From assembly GCA_900551505.1 (NCBI GenBank), contig URWK01000001.1, positions 1 to 32,559 of the forward strand: 32,559 nt of DNA, read 5' to 3'. Below the pieces are notes generated by a model. It did not search any database. It was not told the DNA's origin and saw nothing but the letters and a program-made list of their open reading frames with translations. This stretch comes from an uncultured Ruminococcus sp. (GTDB lineage Bacteria > Bacillota > Clostridia > Oscillospirales > Ruminococcaceae). The number at the start of each line of letters is the position of its first letter. The stretch's first letter is position 1. Position numbers and translations under genes: made by a program. This document shows, piece by piece, positions 1-10,614 of this stretch.

Positions 1-97
1 ACCACACACCACCCCACACCCGCCGCCGCCAGGTACCTGGGCCGGCCCCGGCCGGGGCCCGCCCCCCCGGCGGGGGGGGGGGGCCCCCCCCGCCCCG
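1..97. repeat. GC-rich low-complexity block at the left window edge (CA- and CCG-type repeats, G12 at 72-83, C8 at 84-91); probable artefact
   Basis: Direct reading: almost entirely G+C over 97 nt versus about 40% G+C elsewhere. No ORF. Normal sequence resumes about 20 nt before the glgP stop codon. Confidence 0.85.
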
Positions 98-116
98 AAT
101 TATTTAAGATTTAAGG

Positions 117-2465
117 TCAAACAGTAGGTTTAATATTCCATACATTTTCAGCATAGTCCGCAATGGTGCGGTCAGAACTGAATTTACCTGCATTGCACAT
201 ATTGAGCCAGCACTTTTCCGCAAAGGCTGTCTTGTCATTGTAATCTGCATTGCATTTGAGTTTTGCGTCAACATAGCTTTCGAGGTCGCCGAGAAGATAG
301 TAATTGTCAGGTGAATGCCAGCTTGCACCGTCAAGCAGAGAGAAATAAAGTTCTCTGAAAACGCCCGTTCCGCCGTCTGAAACAGTGCCGTCAATGAGAG
401 TGCTTACAACACGTCTGATTTTTTCGTTTTCTGCGAAAATCTTTCTGCTGTCGTAAGAAGGCATAATTTTTTCGAGGTCTTCAACCCTTGCACCAAAGAT
501 ATAATTGTTTTCTTCGCCTGCTTCCTGAACGATTTCAATGTTCGCACCGTCATAAGTTCCGAGAGTTACAGCACCGTTAAGCATAAGTTTCATGTTGCCT
601 GTTCCGGAAGCCTCCGTGCCGGCTGTAGAAATCTGTTCGGAAACGTCAGCACCTGCAACAAGTTTTTCAGCATAGGAAACATTGTAATTAGGAACGAACA
701 CAACTTTGATGAGCTTGCTTACTTCTTCATCATTTTCGATAAGTTTCGCAATTTCGTTGATGTACTTGATAATGCCCTTTGCACGTCTGTAACCCGGAGC
801 GGACTTAGCACCGAAAATAAACGTTGTCGGAGTGAAATTCTTGATAGAACCGTCCTTTATGCCGAAGTAGATATAGAGAATTGAGAAAGCATTGAGCAAC
901 TGTCTTTTGTATTCGTGCAAACGCTTAATCTGGATATCGAAAATGAAATCAGGCGAAATTTCAATGCCGTCCTTCTTCATGTAGTCGCAGAGCTGAACTT
1001 TTTTGGTGTGTTTGATTTCCGTGAATTTAGCAATTATATCAGGGTTTTTAGCGAGCGGTTCAAGTTTCTTGAGTTCGCTGAGGTCTGTAATCCAGTTGTC
1101 ATTGCCGAGAAGTTCGGTAACGTATGAAGAAAGTTCCTTATTGCAGAGTGCAAACCAGCGCCTTTGGGTAATACCGTTTGTTTCGTTAAGGAAACGTTCT
1201 GGGTATACGGAATACCAGTCTGCAAGTACAGAATCCTTGAGAATCTGTGTGTGAATTTCCGCAACGCCGTTTGTGTGTGATGAGCAGTAAACAGCCATAT
1301 GAGCCATGTGTACAAGGTTTCCGATAATTATTTTCATAGATGAAAGCTTGTTCTTGTCAATGCCCTTTACATACATATCCGAAACGAATTTTTCGTTAAT
1401 CATGATTATAATTTCATAAATTCTTGGGAGGAGTTCTTCAACAAGACTGCATTCCCACTTTTCGAGGGCTTCCGGCATAACGGTATGGTTTGTGTATGAG
1501 AAAACTTTCTGAGCGATTGAAAAAGCCTTGTCAAAGCTCATGCCCTCATTGTCTGTAAGGAGTCTGATTAATTCAGGGATAGAGATTACAGGGTGAGTAT
1601 CATTAAGCTGGATTGCAACGTAATCTGCAAGGTTTTCAAGTGTTCCGTATTTTGCCTTATGCTTTTTGAGTATATCGGCAAGTGACGCACTACAGAAGAA
1701 ATATTGCTGTTTAAGTCTGAGTTTCTTACCTTCTCTGGTGTCGTCATTCGGATAGAGAACTCTTGAAATGTCTTCCGCAAAAATCTTTTCCTTGCTTGCT
1801 TCAAGGTAGTTCTGGTTATTGAATGTTTCAAAGTCAAATTCATTTACAGGTTCAGACTGCCACAGTCTGAGAGTGCCTATATTTGAAGTCTTGCAACCGA
1901 TAACCGGAATATCATAAGGAACTGCGAGAACAGTCTGACCATTGAATTTAACTTCAACGGCATCACTTTCACATCTCTTTGACCAGACATCGCCGTATTT
2001 TGTCCAGTTGTCAGCGGTTTCGTACTGGAAGCCGTCTTTAATTGACTGCTTGAAAAGACCGTATTTATATCTTATACCATATCCGTCAAGAGGAAGGCTG
2101 AGAGTTGAAGCACTGTCGAGGAAGCAGGCTGCAAGTCTTCCGAGACCGCCGTTTCCGAGTGCGGCATCTTCGATTTCTTCGAGGTCTGAAAGCTTTACGC
2201 CGCATTCATTCAAGGCACTTTCTACTTCGTCATAAATTCCGAGGCAGAGAATATTGTTGTATACGGCACGACCTACGAGAAATTCCATTGAGAAGTAACA
2301 GGCACGTCTTGTGGAAAGGTGTTTTTCCCTGCTGTCGTTCCAGTTGTCAGCGAGCATTTCCATAACCACTTCACCAAGGGCATTGTGAATTTGCTGAGGT
2401 GTTGCGTTCTTTGGCTCAATGCCGAGTTTTGATTTGAAATCCGAGATAAATTTTGTTTTATCCAT
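117..2465 (-). CDS. glgP: Glycogen/maltodextrin phosphorylase (GT35, PLP-dependent)
   Basis: 782-aa ORF with GT35 hallmarks: GNGGLGRLAACFLDS near the N-terminus and the PLP-lysine signature EASGTGNMKLMLNGA. AAGGAG lies 7 nt upstream of the ATG at 2465. Confidence 0.95.
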   Translation of the reverse strand: MDKTKFISDFKSKLGIEPKNATPQQIHNALGEVVMEMLADNWNDSREKHLSTRRACYFSMEFLVGRAVYNNILCLGIYDEVESALNECGVKLSDLEEIEDAALGNGGLGRLAACFLDSASTLSLPLDGYGIRYKYGLFKQSIKDGFQYETADNWTKYGDVWSKRCESDAVEVKFNGQTVLAVPYDIPVIGCKTSNIGTLRLWQSEPVNEFDFETFNNQNYLEASKEKIFAEDISRVLYPNDDTREGKKLRLKQQYFFCSASLADILKKHKAKYGTLENLADYVAIQLNDTHPVISIPELIRLLTDNEGMSFDKAFSIAQKVFSYTNHTVMPEALEKWECSLVEELLPRIYEIIIMINEKFVSDMYVKGIDKNKLSSMKIIIGNLVHMAHMAVYCSSHTNGVAEIHTQILKDSVLADWYSVYPERFLNETNGITQRRWFALCNKELSSYVTELLGNDNWITDLSELKKLEPLAKNPDIIAKFTEIKHTKKVQLCDYMKKDGIEISPDFIFDIQIKRLHEYKRQLLNAFSILYIYFGIKDGSIKNFTPTTFIFGAKSAPGYRRAKGIIKYINEIAKLIENDEEVSKLIKVVFVPNYNVSYAEKLVAGADVSEQISTAGTEASGTGNMKLMLNGAVTLGTYDGANIEIVQEAGEENNYIFGARVEDLEKIMPSYDSRKIFAENEKIRRVVSTLIDGTVSDGGTGVFRELYFSLLDGASWHSPDNYYLLGDLESYVDAKLKCNADYNDKTAFAEKCWLNMCNAGKFSSDRTIADYAENVWNIKPTV

Positions 2466-2477
2466 CTGAAATCTCCT

Positions 2478-3953
2478 TTATCTGTTATATAATTTATTAA
2501 GAGCAGTGATTTTCTTTACGAGTTTCGGAGAAAAATCACTTTCCTTAGCTCTCCAAAGCCAGTTAGTGCCGAGAGTTGAAGGAACATTCATTCTTCCCTC
2601 TGAGCCGATTTCGAGAAAATCCTGCATCTGAGCTACCGCAGTTTCGGCACAGCTACTCCATGCCAGACGAATTAAAGCCCAGGGAATGTCTTTTCTCTTG
2701 ACAACTCTGAGATAATCCTTGCAGAAAGCAAGCGATTTCTTGTTAAGAGAGTTAGCCCAGCCTTTAGCGGTGTCATTGTCATGAGTACCCGTGTAAACTA
2801 TGCAATTTGAAGTCTTGAAATTGTGCGGAAGATATTCACTTGAAGAATCACCGTCAAAGCCGAATTCGAGGACTTTCATACCCGGGAAACCTGTCTTGCC
2901 GAGCATCTCGTAAACTTCAGGGGTGAGAAAACCGAGGTCTTCGGCAATGATATTGAGTTTGCCGAGTTTTTTCTCAAGCGTTTTAAACAATTCATAATCA
3001 GGACCTTTAAGCCATTCGCCTTCTATGGCGTTTTCGTTTCCGTAAGGAATAGAGTAGAAGCTTTCAAAACCTCTGAAATGGTCGATTCTTACGATATCAT
3101 AGATGCGTGTGGCGAAAGCGGTTCTCTTTGTCCACCATTCAAAATCGGTTTCCTTGTGTTTCTTCCAGTCGTAGAGGGGGTTTCCCCAGAGCTGTCCGAG
3201 TTCGGAAAATACATCGGGCGGACAACCTGCAACTGAAGTAGGGATTTTGTTCTTGTCGAGCATGAAAAGTTCAGGTTGTGACCAGACTTCAACGCTGTCA
3301 TAGGCAACATAAATCGGAATGTCGCCGATAATCTGAATGCCCTTGTCATTTGCGTATTTTTTGAGGTTGAACCACTGCTTGAAGAATTTGTACTGAATGA
3401 ACTTAAAAAATTCAATGTCCTTGGCAAGTTCGGATTTAGCTTTTTCAAGAGCCTTTTTTTCTCTCATCGCAAGTTTCTTATCCCACTCATACCAAGGTTT
3501 CCCGTCATTCTTGAATTTCAGAGCCATGAAGAGTGCATAGTCATCAAGCCAGTAGGCATTTTCTTCAACGAACTTGTGGTAGATTGCGGACAATTCGTGT
3601 CTGTAACTCTTGTAAGCCTGTTTGAGAACTTTGAAGCAGTTGTTATAAATCTTGCTGTAGTTAACTTCCCTGTCGTTATCCTGCCAGTCAAGTCCTGAGT
3701 AATCGGATTTTTTAAGCAGACCTTCCTGTTTCAGAATATCGAAGTCGATAAAGTATGGATTTCCTGCGAATACGGAAAACGATTGATAAGGAGAATCGCC
3801 GAAGCTTGTAGGAGAAAGCGGAAGTATCTGCCAGCACTTTATCCCACACTCTGAAAGAAAGTCAACAAAATCATATGCACTCTTGCCCATCTTGCCTATG
3901 CCATAAGCGGACGGAAGACTTGAGATATGCATAAGTATACAACTTTTACCCAT
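2478..3953 (-). CDS. malQ: 4-alpha-glucanotransferase (amylomaltase, GH77)
   Basis: 491-aa ORF with GH77-typical motifs: HISSLPS..YGIG at the N-terminus, RIDHFRGF, IGDIPIYV, IAEDLG and YTGTHDN. Sits 12 nt upstream of glgP on the same strand. Confidence 0.93.
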   Translation of the reverse strand: MGKSCILMHISSLPSAYGIGKMGKSAYDFVDFLSECGIKCWQILPLSPTSFGDSPYQSFSVFAGNPYFIDFDILKQEGLLKKSDYSGLDWQDNDREVNYSKIYNNCFKVLKQAYKSYRHELSAIYHKFVEENAYWLDDYALFMALKFKNDGKPWYEWDKKLAMREKKALEKAKSELAKDIEFFKFIQYKFFKQWFNLKKYANDKGIQIIGDIPIYVAYDSVEVWSQPELFMLDKNKIPTSVAGCPPDVFSELGQLWGNPLYDWKKHKETDFEWWTKRTAFATRIYDIVRIDHFRGFESFYSIPYGNENAIEGEWLKGPDYELFKTLEKKLGKLNIIAEDLGFLTPEVYEMLGKTGFPGMKVLEFGFDGDSSSEYLPHNFKTSNCIVYTGTHDNDTAKGWANSLNKKSLAFCKDYLRVVKRKDIPWALIRLAWSSCAETAVAQMQDFLEIGSEGRMNVPSTLGTNWLWRAKESDFSPKLVKKITALNKLYNR

Positions 3954-4019
3954 AAAAATCTTACCTTTCTTAAATTATGTGATTACATAAGAATAAATTC
4001 CCCACCATTTCAGATAATA

Positions 4020-4457
4020 ATGAAAAAAGGGGTGAGAATTATAGAAAACATATATTCAGGAGAAAGAACATTCCTGTTTCTGTTCGGATATTTTCTTTAC
4101 GGACTTATAGAGATAATGTGGAGAGGCTATACACATTGGACAATGGCGGTAACAGGGGGGATATGCCTTGTGATAATCTTTGAGATTTCAGTGAGGTTTT
4201 CGGGATTACCGCTCTGGAAGAAGTGTTTTTTCGGAAGCCTTGCGATAACGGCAATAGAATTTTTAATAGGTATTGTCGTAAATCTTGTTCTGGGGTGGAA
4301 TGTATGGGACTATACCGATGAGCCTTTTAATATTCTGGGTCAGATTTGTCCGTTATTTTCTCTGATGTGGTTTTTGTTGTGTATACCTGCGAATTTTATT
4401 TGCAGGTATATTCACAGGAAGTTTGTTTCTGAAGATATTATAACAGAATCTTATTAA
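4020..4457 (+). CDS. Small polytopic membrane protein, resembling the family annotated as putative ABC-transporter type IV (DUF1113-like)
   Basis: ORF-track frame 3927-4457. I prefer Met32 (ATG 4020) because the longer form would overlap the malQ start region. About 4 hydrophobic helices; contains a W-x-x-WDY-[ST] type motif (WNVWDYTDEPFN) that I associate with that family from memory. No strong SD. Confidence 0.6.
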   Translation: MKKGVRIIENIYSGERTFLFLFGYFLYGLIEIMWRGYTHWTMAVTGGICLVIIFEISVRFSGLPLWKKCFFGSLAITAIEFLIGIVVNLVLGWNVWDYTDEPFNILGQICPLFSLMWFLLCIPANFICRYIHRKFVSEDIITESY

Positions 4458-4504
4458 GTTGTAAACTGGTTTATTTTTAAAGTCAGTGTGCAGTCCTTCT
4501 TGCC

Positions 4505-4718
<214 letters not shown>

Positions 4719-4730
4719 GGAGCTTCCCGT

Positions 4731-4762
4731 AAAAAAAGACAGCCCGGAAAATCAGGCTGTCT
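4731..4762 (-). terminator. Rho-independent terminator of ftsH (usable in both directions)
   Basis: Minus strand reads AGACAGCC-(10 nt loop)-GGCTGTCT followed by a T run, starting 8 nt after the ftsH stop. Arms are at 4737-4744 and 4755-4762. The plus strand has the same stem followed by TTTT. Confidence 0.85.
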
Positions 4763-4770
4763 TTTGTGAT

Positions 4771-6729
4771 TTAATTTTCAGAATTTTTACTGTCATCAAT
4801 AACGGGTTCGGTTTTTTCGAGATTTACCGCAACGGATTCGGACTTTTCAGAATCATCATTGAAGATTTCTTCGCCGACTTTGTTATTCATAATATCATAG
4901 AACAATTCGCCGTCTATTTTCTCATGTATCATAAGATACTTTGCGAGGAAGTGAAGTTTATCAATATGAGTTTCGAGAATATCTTTAGCCTTTTCGTAAG
5001 CTTCGTCAATGAGTTCACGCATTTCGGAATCAATTTCGGCAGCTACGTTTTCGGAATAATTGCGTGAGCTGTTGAAATCTCTGCCAAGGAATACTTCACT
5101 CTGGTCATTGCCGTATACAAGAGGACCGAGTTTTTCGCTGAAACCGTACTTTGTAACCATGCTTCTTGCGATGGAAGTAGCTCTTTCAATGTCATTTGAC
5201 GCACCGGTAGAAATATCATCGAGTATAATTTTTTCTGCAACTCTGCCACCAAGCAGTGTAATAATATTTTCTTTCATCTCGTGTTTACTTACGAAAGATT
5301 TATCATGTTCCGGAAGTGACATTGTGTAACCGCCTGCCATGCCTCTCGGGATAATTGAAACCTGATGAACTTTGTCTTGTGAAGGGCAGTAGAAAGTACA
5401 TATTGCGTGACCGCTTTCGTGGTAAGCGGTAAGGCGTTTTTCCTTATCGGAAACAACTCTTGATTTCTTTTCAGGGCCTGCGATAACTTTAATAGTAGCT
5501 TCTTCGATGTCTTCCTTTGTAATGGCTTTTCTGTTCTGTCTTGCGGCGAGCAGGGAAGCCTCATTTACAAGGTTTTCGAGGTCTGCACCTGTGAAACCTA
5601 CAGTAGTCTGAGCAATTGTTCTGAGTGAAACGTCCGGGCCGATAGGTTTGTTTCTGGTGTGGACTTTAAGGATTTCTTCACGACCCTTTACATCAGGATA
5701 GCCGACAACAATTTGTCTGTCGAAACGTCCCGGTCTGAGAAGTGCGGGGTCAAGAATATCTCGTCTGTTTGTAGCGGCGATAACAATAACGCTTTCATTA
5801 CCGGTAAAGCCGTCCATTTCAACAAGTAACTGGTTAAGAGTCTGCTCACGTTCATCATGACCGCCTCCCAGCCCTGCACCTCTCTGACGACCTACGGCAT
5901 CAATTTCGTCAATGAAAATGATGGCAGGGGCATTTTTCTTAGCCTGCTCGAAAAGGTCACGAACTCTTGAAGCTCCGACACCTACGAACATTTCCACGAA
6001 GTCAGAACCTGAAATCGGGAAGAACGGACAGCCTGCTTCACCTGCAACGGCTCTTGCAAGCAATGTTTTACCTGTTCCCGGAGGGCCGAGCAGAAGCACA
6101 CCTTTCGGGATTCTTGCACCGATGTCCTCGTACTTGCGGGGATTTTTAAGGAAGTCAACGATTTCCTGCAATTCGTGTTTTTCTTCGTCAGCACCCGCAA
6201 CGTCTGCGAAAGTAGCTTTTTTACCTTGCTGAACCTGAGATTTTATATTTGCCTTTCCGAAAGAAGTATATTTTCCGCCTCCGCCGGTCTGTTTAATCAT
6301 GTAGAAGAAAAGAACTATACCCATTACAAGCAGAAGCAATGTAGGGACAACCGTTAAAATCCATGAACTGTCCTTTGCCTTGTAATAGTCAAGTTTAAGC
6401 GGATTGTCCGGGTGAAGCTTGTTGTATTCAGTCCTGTAATTTTCGTCATTGGCGTTTATATCGTCAAGAAACAGGCTTATACTCGGAAGGTCATAGGAAA
6501 TTTCCTTATCTTCACCGTCTACTTTCATTACAAGCTCATTAGTACCGAAATCAATGGTGTATTCAGATACTTTGTACTCGTCAAAATACTGAATAATCTG
6601 AGAGTAGGTATAAGCTTCCGATTGCTGAGAGAGCATTGGCGTAAAAAGCATGAGCATACCGACAAAGACTAATGCGATAATTCCGTATACCAATGCACCT
6701 TTATTTTTTTTTGGTGGCAATATATTCAC
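4771..6729 (-). CDS. ftsH: ATP-dependent zinc metalloprotease FtsH
   Basis: 652 aa with two N-terminal TM segments. Walker [20 protein letters not shown], Walker [10 protein letters not shown], zinc site HESGHAI. Conserved tilS-hpt-ftsH order. Confidence 0.97.
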   Translation of the reverse strand: MNILPPKKNKGALVYGIIALVFVGMLMLFTPMLSQQSEAYTYSQIIQYFDEYKVSEYTIDFGTNELVMKVDGEDKEISYDLPSISLFLDDINANDENYRTEYNKLHPDNPLKLDYYKAKDSSWILTVVPTLLLLVMGIVLFFYMIKQTGGGGKYTSFGKANIKSQVQQGKKATFADVAGADEEKHELQEIVDFLKNPRKYEDIGARIPKGVLLLGPPGTGKTLLARAVAGEAGCPFFPISGSDFVEMFVGVGASRVRDLFEQAKKNAPAIIFIDEIDAVGRQRGAGLGGGHDEREQTLNQLLVEMDGFTGNESVIVIAATNRRDILDPALLRPGRFDRQIVVGYPDVKGREEILKVHTRNKPIGPDVSLRTIAQTTVGFTGADLENLVNEASLLAARQNRKAITKEDIEEATIKVIAGPEKKSRVVSDKEKRLTAYHESGHAICTFYCPSQDKVHQVSIIPRGMAGGYTMSLPEHDKSFVSKHEMKENIITLLGGRVAEKIILDDISTGASNDIERATSIARSMVTKYGFSEKLGPLVYGNDQSEVFLGRDFNSSRNYSENVAAEIDSEMRELIDEAYEKAKDILETHIDKLHFLAKYLMIHEKIDGELFYDIMNNKVGEEIFNDDSEKSESVAVNLEKTEPVIDDSKNSEN

Positions 6730-6753
6730 TCCTATCTTTTGTCTATGTATTTT

Positions 6754-7284
6754 TTATAACATATCCTCGGTTAAAAATCCTACATACGACAGATTTCTGT
6801 ATTTTTCTGCGTAATCCAGACCATAACCGACAACAAAGAGGTCGTCAATCTGAAAGCCCGTATAATCAGGAGTAAAATCGACAACTCTTTTCTGTGGTTT
6901 GTCAAGCAGAGTACAGACTTTAAGGGACTTAGGGTTACGGCTTCTGAGCATACGGCAGACTTTCGAGAGAGTAATACCGCTGTCAATAATATCCTCAACA
7001 ATAAGCACATCATAATTTTCAATGTCTATTGTAAGGTCCTTTACTATACTTACATTGCCCGAAGAAACTGTACTGTTATTATAGCTTGAAACGCACATAA
7101 AGTCAATTTTACAGTTGCAGGCGGTTATTTTTCTCATAAGGTCGCAGAGAAAAACTACAGAGCCTTTCAGAATTGCGACAAGGAGCAGGTTTTTGTCTTT
7201 ATAGTCCTTGCTAATCTGTTCACCAAGCTGACAAGCACGTTCGTAAAGTTTTTCTTCTGAAATCAGTACGGGAATAGTATTCAT
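6754..7284 (-). CDS. hpt: Hypoxanthine-guanine phosphoribosyltransferase
   Basis: PRPP-binding loop VLIVEDIIDSGITL. The ORF track extends to 7314, but Met11 (ATG 7284) has AGGTGA 10 nt upstream and avoids a 20-nt overlap with tilS. Confidence 0.93.
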   Translation of the reverse strand: MNTIPVLISEEKLYERACQLGEQISKDYKDKNLLLVAILKGSVVFLCDLMRKITACNCKIDFMCVSSYNNSTVSSGNVSIVKDLTIDIENYDVLIVEDIIDSGITLSKVCRMLRSRNPKSLKVCTLLDKPQKRVVDFTPDYTGFQIDDLFVVGYGLDYAEKYRNLSYVGFLTEDML

Positions 7285-7294
7285 TTTAAAATAA

Positions 7295-8644
7295 TCACCT
7301 TTCTTTGTTTTCAAAGCTGACAGCGATTACATTTGAGGAATTGCGGTCAGCTTTTACACGGTCTGCGACACCGAAATTCTCGGCAAAGACAATTCCGAGA
7401 GAATCGGCAATAAAACAAAGTCCGTTACGCTTTCCGGCAGGCACTGAAGAATTAATCAGTTTCTTGACGGAGGAAGTGAAATTCCTGTTACGCAAGCGGA
7501 TTTTGTCGCCGAAAATGCGGGTTCTTATGACAACCTCACCTTGTATTTTATCACAGTCTATAAGCGAATTTGCAAACTTTGTGTTAATAATTTCATTGAT
7601 ATGGTCTGAACGGGAAAAATCATAATCCGAAAGAATACAATGCTTTGTGCCGTAAAGCAGAATATCACTTGCTACGAGTTTTTCGAGGGTAAAGCGAAAT
7701 TCAACGGGTTTTTCGGTTCGGAGTATATAGAAGCGGTCATTTTCGGAGATAAGAAAAGTATCTTTCAGGATATTTATTTTTCCGCCGTTCATGAGTATGT
7801 TGTCAGCAGACAAGATTTTTTCGGAACTTACGGGAAGACCGTTTTCCGAAAAAAACATTGCAAGACACCTTGAACGCAAAGCACTGTGAAATTTAGAAAG
7901 CCCCACAAGGCTATTATCTGCTTTAAGGCATTTTTTATAAGTGTTTTCCGCCTCCGTTTTCAGAAAATCATTTTCCGAACGCAATACAGAAATATTTTCG
8001 CTGAGAGTGTGCAGAAATGAAGGGTTAATCTGTTCAAGGTACGGAATAACATTGTGGCGGATTTTATTTCTGGTGTAGTCATCGGAAAGGTTCGTGCTGT
8101 CAACCACCCATTCAAACCCCGAAAGTTTGAGGAATTGTTCGATTTCATGTTTTTCAGCCTCTATAAGAGGTCTGACAATATTTTTTCTTACAGGAGGAAT
8201 ACCGAGCAGACCTGAAAGGGCAGCCCCCCTTGTGAGATTAAAAATAACCGTTTCGGCATTGTCGGAAAGATTGTGAGCGGTAGCGATTTTTGAGCCGTCC
8301 GCATATTTTTCAAACAATTCGTATCTGAGGTTTCTTGCACCTTCTTCAACCGAAACGCCCTTGTTTCTGCAATAGGAAATTACATTGAGCCTTTCCGAAA
8401 AGAATTTTATTTTGTATTTTTCGCAAAGCCTGCGACAGAAATTTTCATCCCGGTCGCTTTCTTCGCCACGGATACAGTGATTGAGATGAAAGGCGGAAAC
8501 CTTGTAGCCGAGTTGCATAAGGCAAACAAGCAGGCAGACACTGTCAGAACCGCCCGAAAGTCCGACAAGTACATTTTCGCCTTTTTCGAGCATATCATAT
8601 TTTTCAATTGTACTCTGTATTTTTTTTAGGAATTTCTCTGTCAT
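7295..8644 (-). CDS. tilS: tRNA(Ile)-lysidine synthetase
   Basis: 449 aa with the N-terminal PP-loop GLSGGSDSVCLL. Conserved position upstream of hpt-ftsH. Confidence 0.9.
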   Translation of the reverse strand: MTEKFLKKIQSTIEKYDMLEKGENVLVGLSGGSDSVCLLVCLMQLGYKVSAFHLNHCIRGEESDRDENFCRRLCEKYKIKFFSERLNVISYCRNKGVSVEEGARNLRYELFEKYADGSKIATAHNLSDNAETVIFNLTRGAALSGLLGIPPVRKNIVRPLIEAEKHEIEQFLKLSGFEWVVDSTNLSDDYTRNKIRHNVIPYLEQINPSFLHTLSENISVLRSENDFLKTEAENTYKKCLKADNSLVGLSKFHSALRSRCLAMFFSENGLPVSSEKILSADNILMNGGKINILKDTFLISENDRFYILRTEKPVEFRFTLEKLVASDILLYGTKHCILSDYDFSRSDHINEIINTKFANSLIDCDKIQGEVVIRTRIFGDKIRLRNRNFTSSVKKLINSSVPAGKRNGLCFIADSLGIVFAENFGVADRVKADRNSSNVIAVSFENKER

Positions 8645-8656
8645 ATTGTTCTCCGT

Positions 8657-10006
8657 TTAGTCGGGTATTTTCTCAAGGTCTGAGAATCTTGTGTGAGTGC
8701 CGTCCCATCTCAATTCGGCAGTACCTGTTTCACCATGTCTGTTCTTGGCAATTATACATTCACTCCTGGCATGGTCTTCTATTTCCTTGTTGTAGTAAGA
8801 TTCACGATAGAGTAACATTACAATATCGGCATCCTGTTCAATAGTACCTGAATCTCTGAGGTCTGAAATTACCGGTCGCTTATCGTTTTTGCCTTCTGGG
8901 TTTCTTGAAAGCTGTGAAAGGAGAATTACAGGCACATCGAGTTCTTTCGCCATAATTTTTACCTGACGTGTGATTTCTCCGACTGCAACGGCTCTGTTGT
9001 CTGTTCTTATGGTTGAAGACATAAGTTGAAGATAGTCGATTATTACAAGCCCGAGATTATGCATTTTCTTTAATTTAGCTTTCATCTGCGGAACGGTAAT
9101 TCCGCCCGAATCATCAATATATATCGGGAGTTTCTTGAGAACGGTTGCGGAACTTCCGACCTTATCCCAGTCATCGAATGAAAGATTGCCGACACGGAAT
9201 TTCTGACTTTCAACGAGAGAATGGCTTGAAAGCAGACGTGAAACAATTTGTTCTTTTGACATTTCGATAGAGAAGAAAGCGACATTTTTTTGTGGGTTTG
9301 TTTTTGCGACATACATCATTATATTTATTGCGAAAGAAGTTTTACCCATACCCGGTCTTGCACCGATAATTATAAGGTCACTTTTATTAAGTCCTGTTGT
9401 AAGCCGGTCAACATATGTAAAACCGCTTTTAAGTCCGAGATATAATTCTTTGTCAGGGCCGTCTATTTTTGAAATATGGTCAACCACATCAAATACAATA
9501 TCATATATCGGTGTAAGTTTCTGTTCATCTCTGCCTTTCTGTAGGGATGCTATTTTGTCTTCCACGGAATTTAATATTTCATCGGAATCCCTTCCGCCTT
9601 CCGCTATTTCCGTTTCTATGAACTGCGAAATATCAAGCAGTTTTCTCAGACGGAATTTATCTTTTACGATTTTGCAGTGAGTGGGCAGAGTGTCAAGTGT
9701 TATAAATTTATCTGAAAGCAGTCTGACATATTCACGGCATTCGGTAAGTGAATCAAACAGACCTTCCGAAAATATATTTTGTGCGACAATAACCAAATCA
9801 ATATAGGAACTTTCTACAATTATTCTGTTCAGGACGGAAAATATGGATTCATGTTTGTCCAGAGAAAACATATCCTTAGTGATTCCCTGAGCTGACAGAA
9901 TAGGCATTGCATCATCGCCTTTTATAAGTAAAGCTCCGAGAATACATTGTTCTGCCTCTATATCCGAAAGACTGTCTTCAAGTCTGCTGTTAAGATTGGT
10001 ATCCAT
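8657..10006 (-). CDS. dnaB: Replicative DNA helicase (DnaB family)
   Basis: 449 aa. N-terminal DnaB domain (AEQCILGALL), Walker A GARPGMGKTSFA and IIDYLQLM motif. Lies downstream of rplI as in many Firmicutes. Confidence 0.96.
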   Translation of the reverse strand: MDTNLNSRLEDSLSDIEAEQCILGALLIKGDDAMPILSAQGITKDMFSLDKHESIFSVLNRIIVESSYIDLVIVAQNIFSEGLFDSLTECREYVRLLSDKFITLDTLPTHCKIVKDKFRLRKLLDISQFIETEIAEGGRDSDEILNSVEDKIASLQKGRDEQKLTPIYDIVFDVVDHISKIDGPDKELYLGLKSGFTYVDRLTTGLNKSDLIIIGARPGMGKTSFAINIMMYVAKTNPQKNVAFFSIEMSKEQIVSRLLSSHSLVESQKFRVGNLSFDDWDKVGSSATVLKKLPIYIDDSGGITVPQMKAKLKKMHNLGLVIIDYLQLMSSTIRTDNRAVAVGEITRQVKIMAKELDVPVILLSQLSRNPEGKNDKRPVISDLRDSGTIEQDADIVMLLYRESYYNKEIEDHARSECIIAKNRHGETGTAELRWDGTHTRFSDLEKIPD

Positions 10007-10052
10007 TAAAAATTTACCTCCTTTTCGGGTAAACGGTCAAAAGGGGAATAAG

Positions 10053-10077
10053 GGCGAACCTTGTGAAAGTTCGCCCT
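10053..10077 (-). terminator. GC-rich hairpin between rplI and dnaB (possible partial terminator/attenuator)
   Basis: GGGCGAAC-(9 nt)-GTTCGCCC, an 8-bp perfect stem. On the minus strand it is followed by TTATTCCCCTTTT, which is not a clean U-tract. Confidence 0.35.
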
Positions 10078-10103
10078 GTCGGATATTCTGTTAGTAAGGT
10101 TTG

Positions 10104-10550
10104 TTAAGCTTCGGTAACGTCAACCGTTACAGAAGCATTGATACCTGTGTAAAGACGTATGTCAGCTTCAAAAGTACCGAAAGACTTGATTTCGGATTTG
10201 AGAGAAATCTTTTTCTTTTCAATCTTTTTGCCAAGCTGTTCTTCAATGGCATCTGCAACGTTTGAAGCGGTAACAGCTCCGAAAAGTTTATCACCTGCAC
10301 CGGCTTTAGCCTTTACGACAACTTTCTTGCCGTTGATTGCATCGGCGATTTCCTGAGCATTCTGTTTTTCCACAGCGGTCTTATGTTCTGCGGAAGACTT
10401 CTTTCCCGCAAGGTCGCTGAGATTTCTCGGAGTAGCTTCAAGTGCGAATCCCTTTGAAATTAAGAAGTTTCTTGCGTAACCGTCAGCAACTTCCTTAATA
10501 TCTCCCTTTTTACCTGTACCTTTGACATCTTTCACGAGGATAACTTTCAT
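10104..10550 (-). CDS. rplI: 50S ribosomal protein L9 (bL9)
   Basis: 148 aa with N-terminus [30 protein letters not shown], typical of bL9. gdpP-rplI-dnaB synteny. Confidence 0.96.
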   Translation of the reverse strand: MKVILVKDVKGTGKKGDIKEVADGYARNFLISKGFALEATPRNLSDLAGKKSSAEHKTAVEKQNAQEIADAINGKKVVVKAKAGAGDKLFGAVTASNVADAIEEQLGKKIEKKKISLKSEIKSFGTFEADIRLYTGINASVTVDVTEA

Positions 10551-10614
10551 AAAGTATCATTCCTTTCAAAAATATTTTATTTATTGTCACTTTCAGAGAA
10601 GTGTAATAAGTTGA

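Noticed and set aside
3975-3990. Inverted repeat TTATGT-GATT-ACATAA in the malQ/membrane-gene divergent promoter region, considered as a cre or LacI-type operator
   Set aside because: It does not fit the cre consensus (no central CG) or typical LacI-family half-sites. A 6-bp inverted repeat in a 66-bp AT-rich spacer is expected fairly often by chance.
3927-4019. Longer N-terminal forms offered by the ORF track: membrane protein from 3927, hpt from 7314, L15 from 24702, L30 from 24533, M23 from 32378
   Set aside because: In each case an internal start has a properly spaced SD and yields the canonical family N-terminus. The longer form overlaps the neighbouring gene or its signals.
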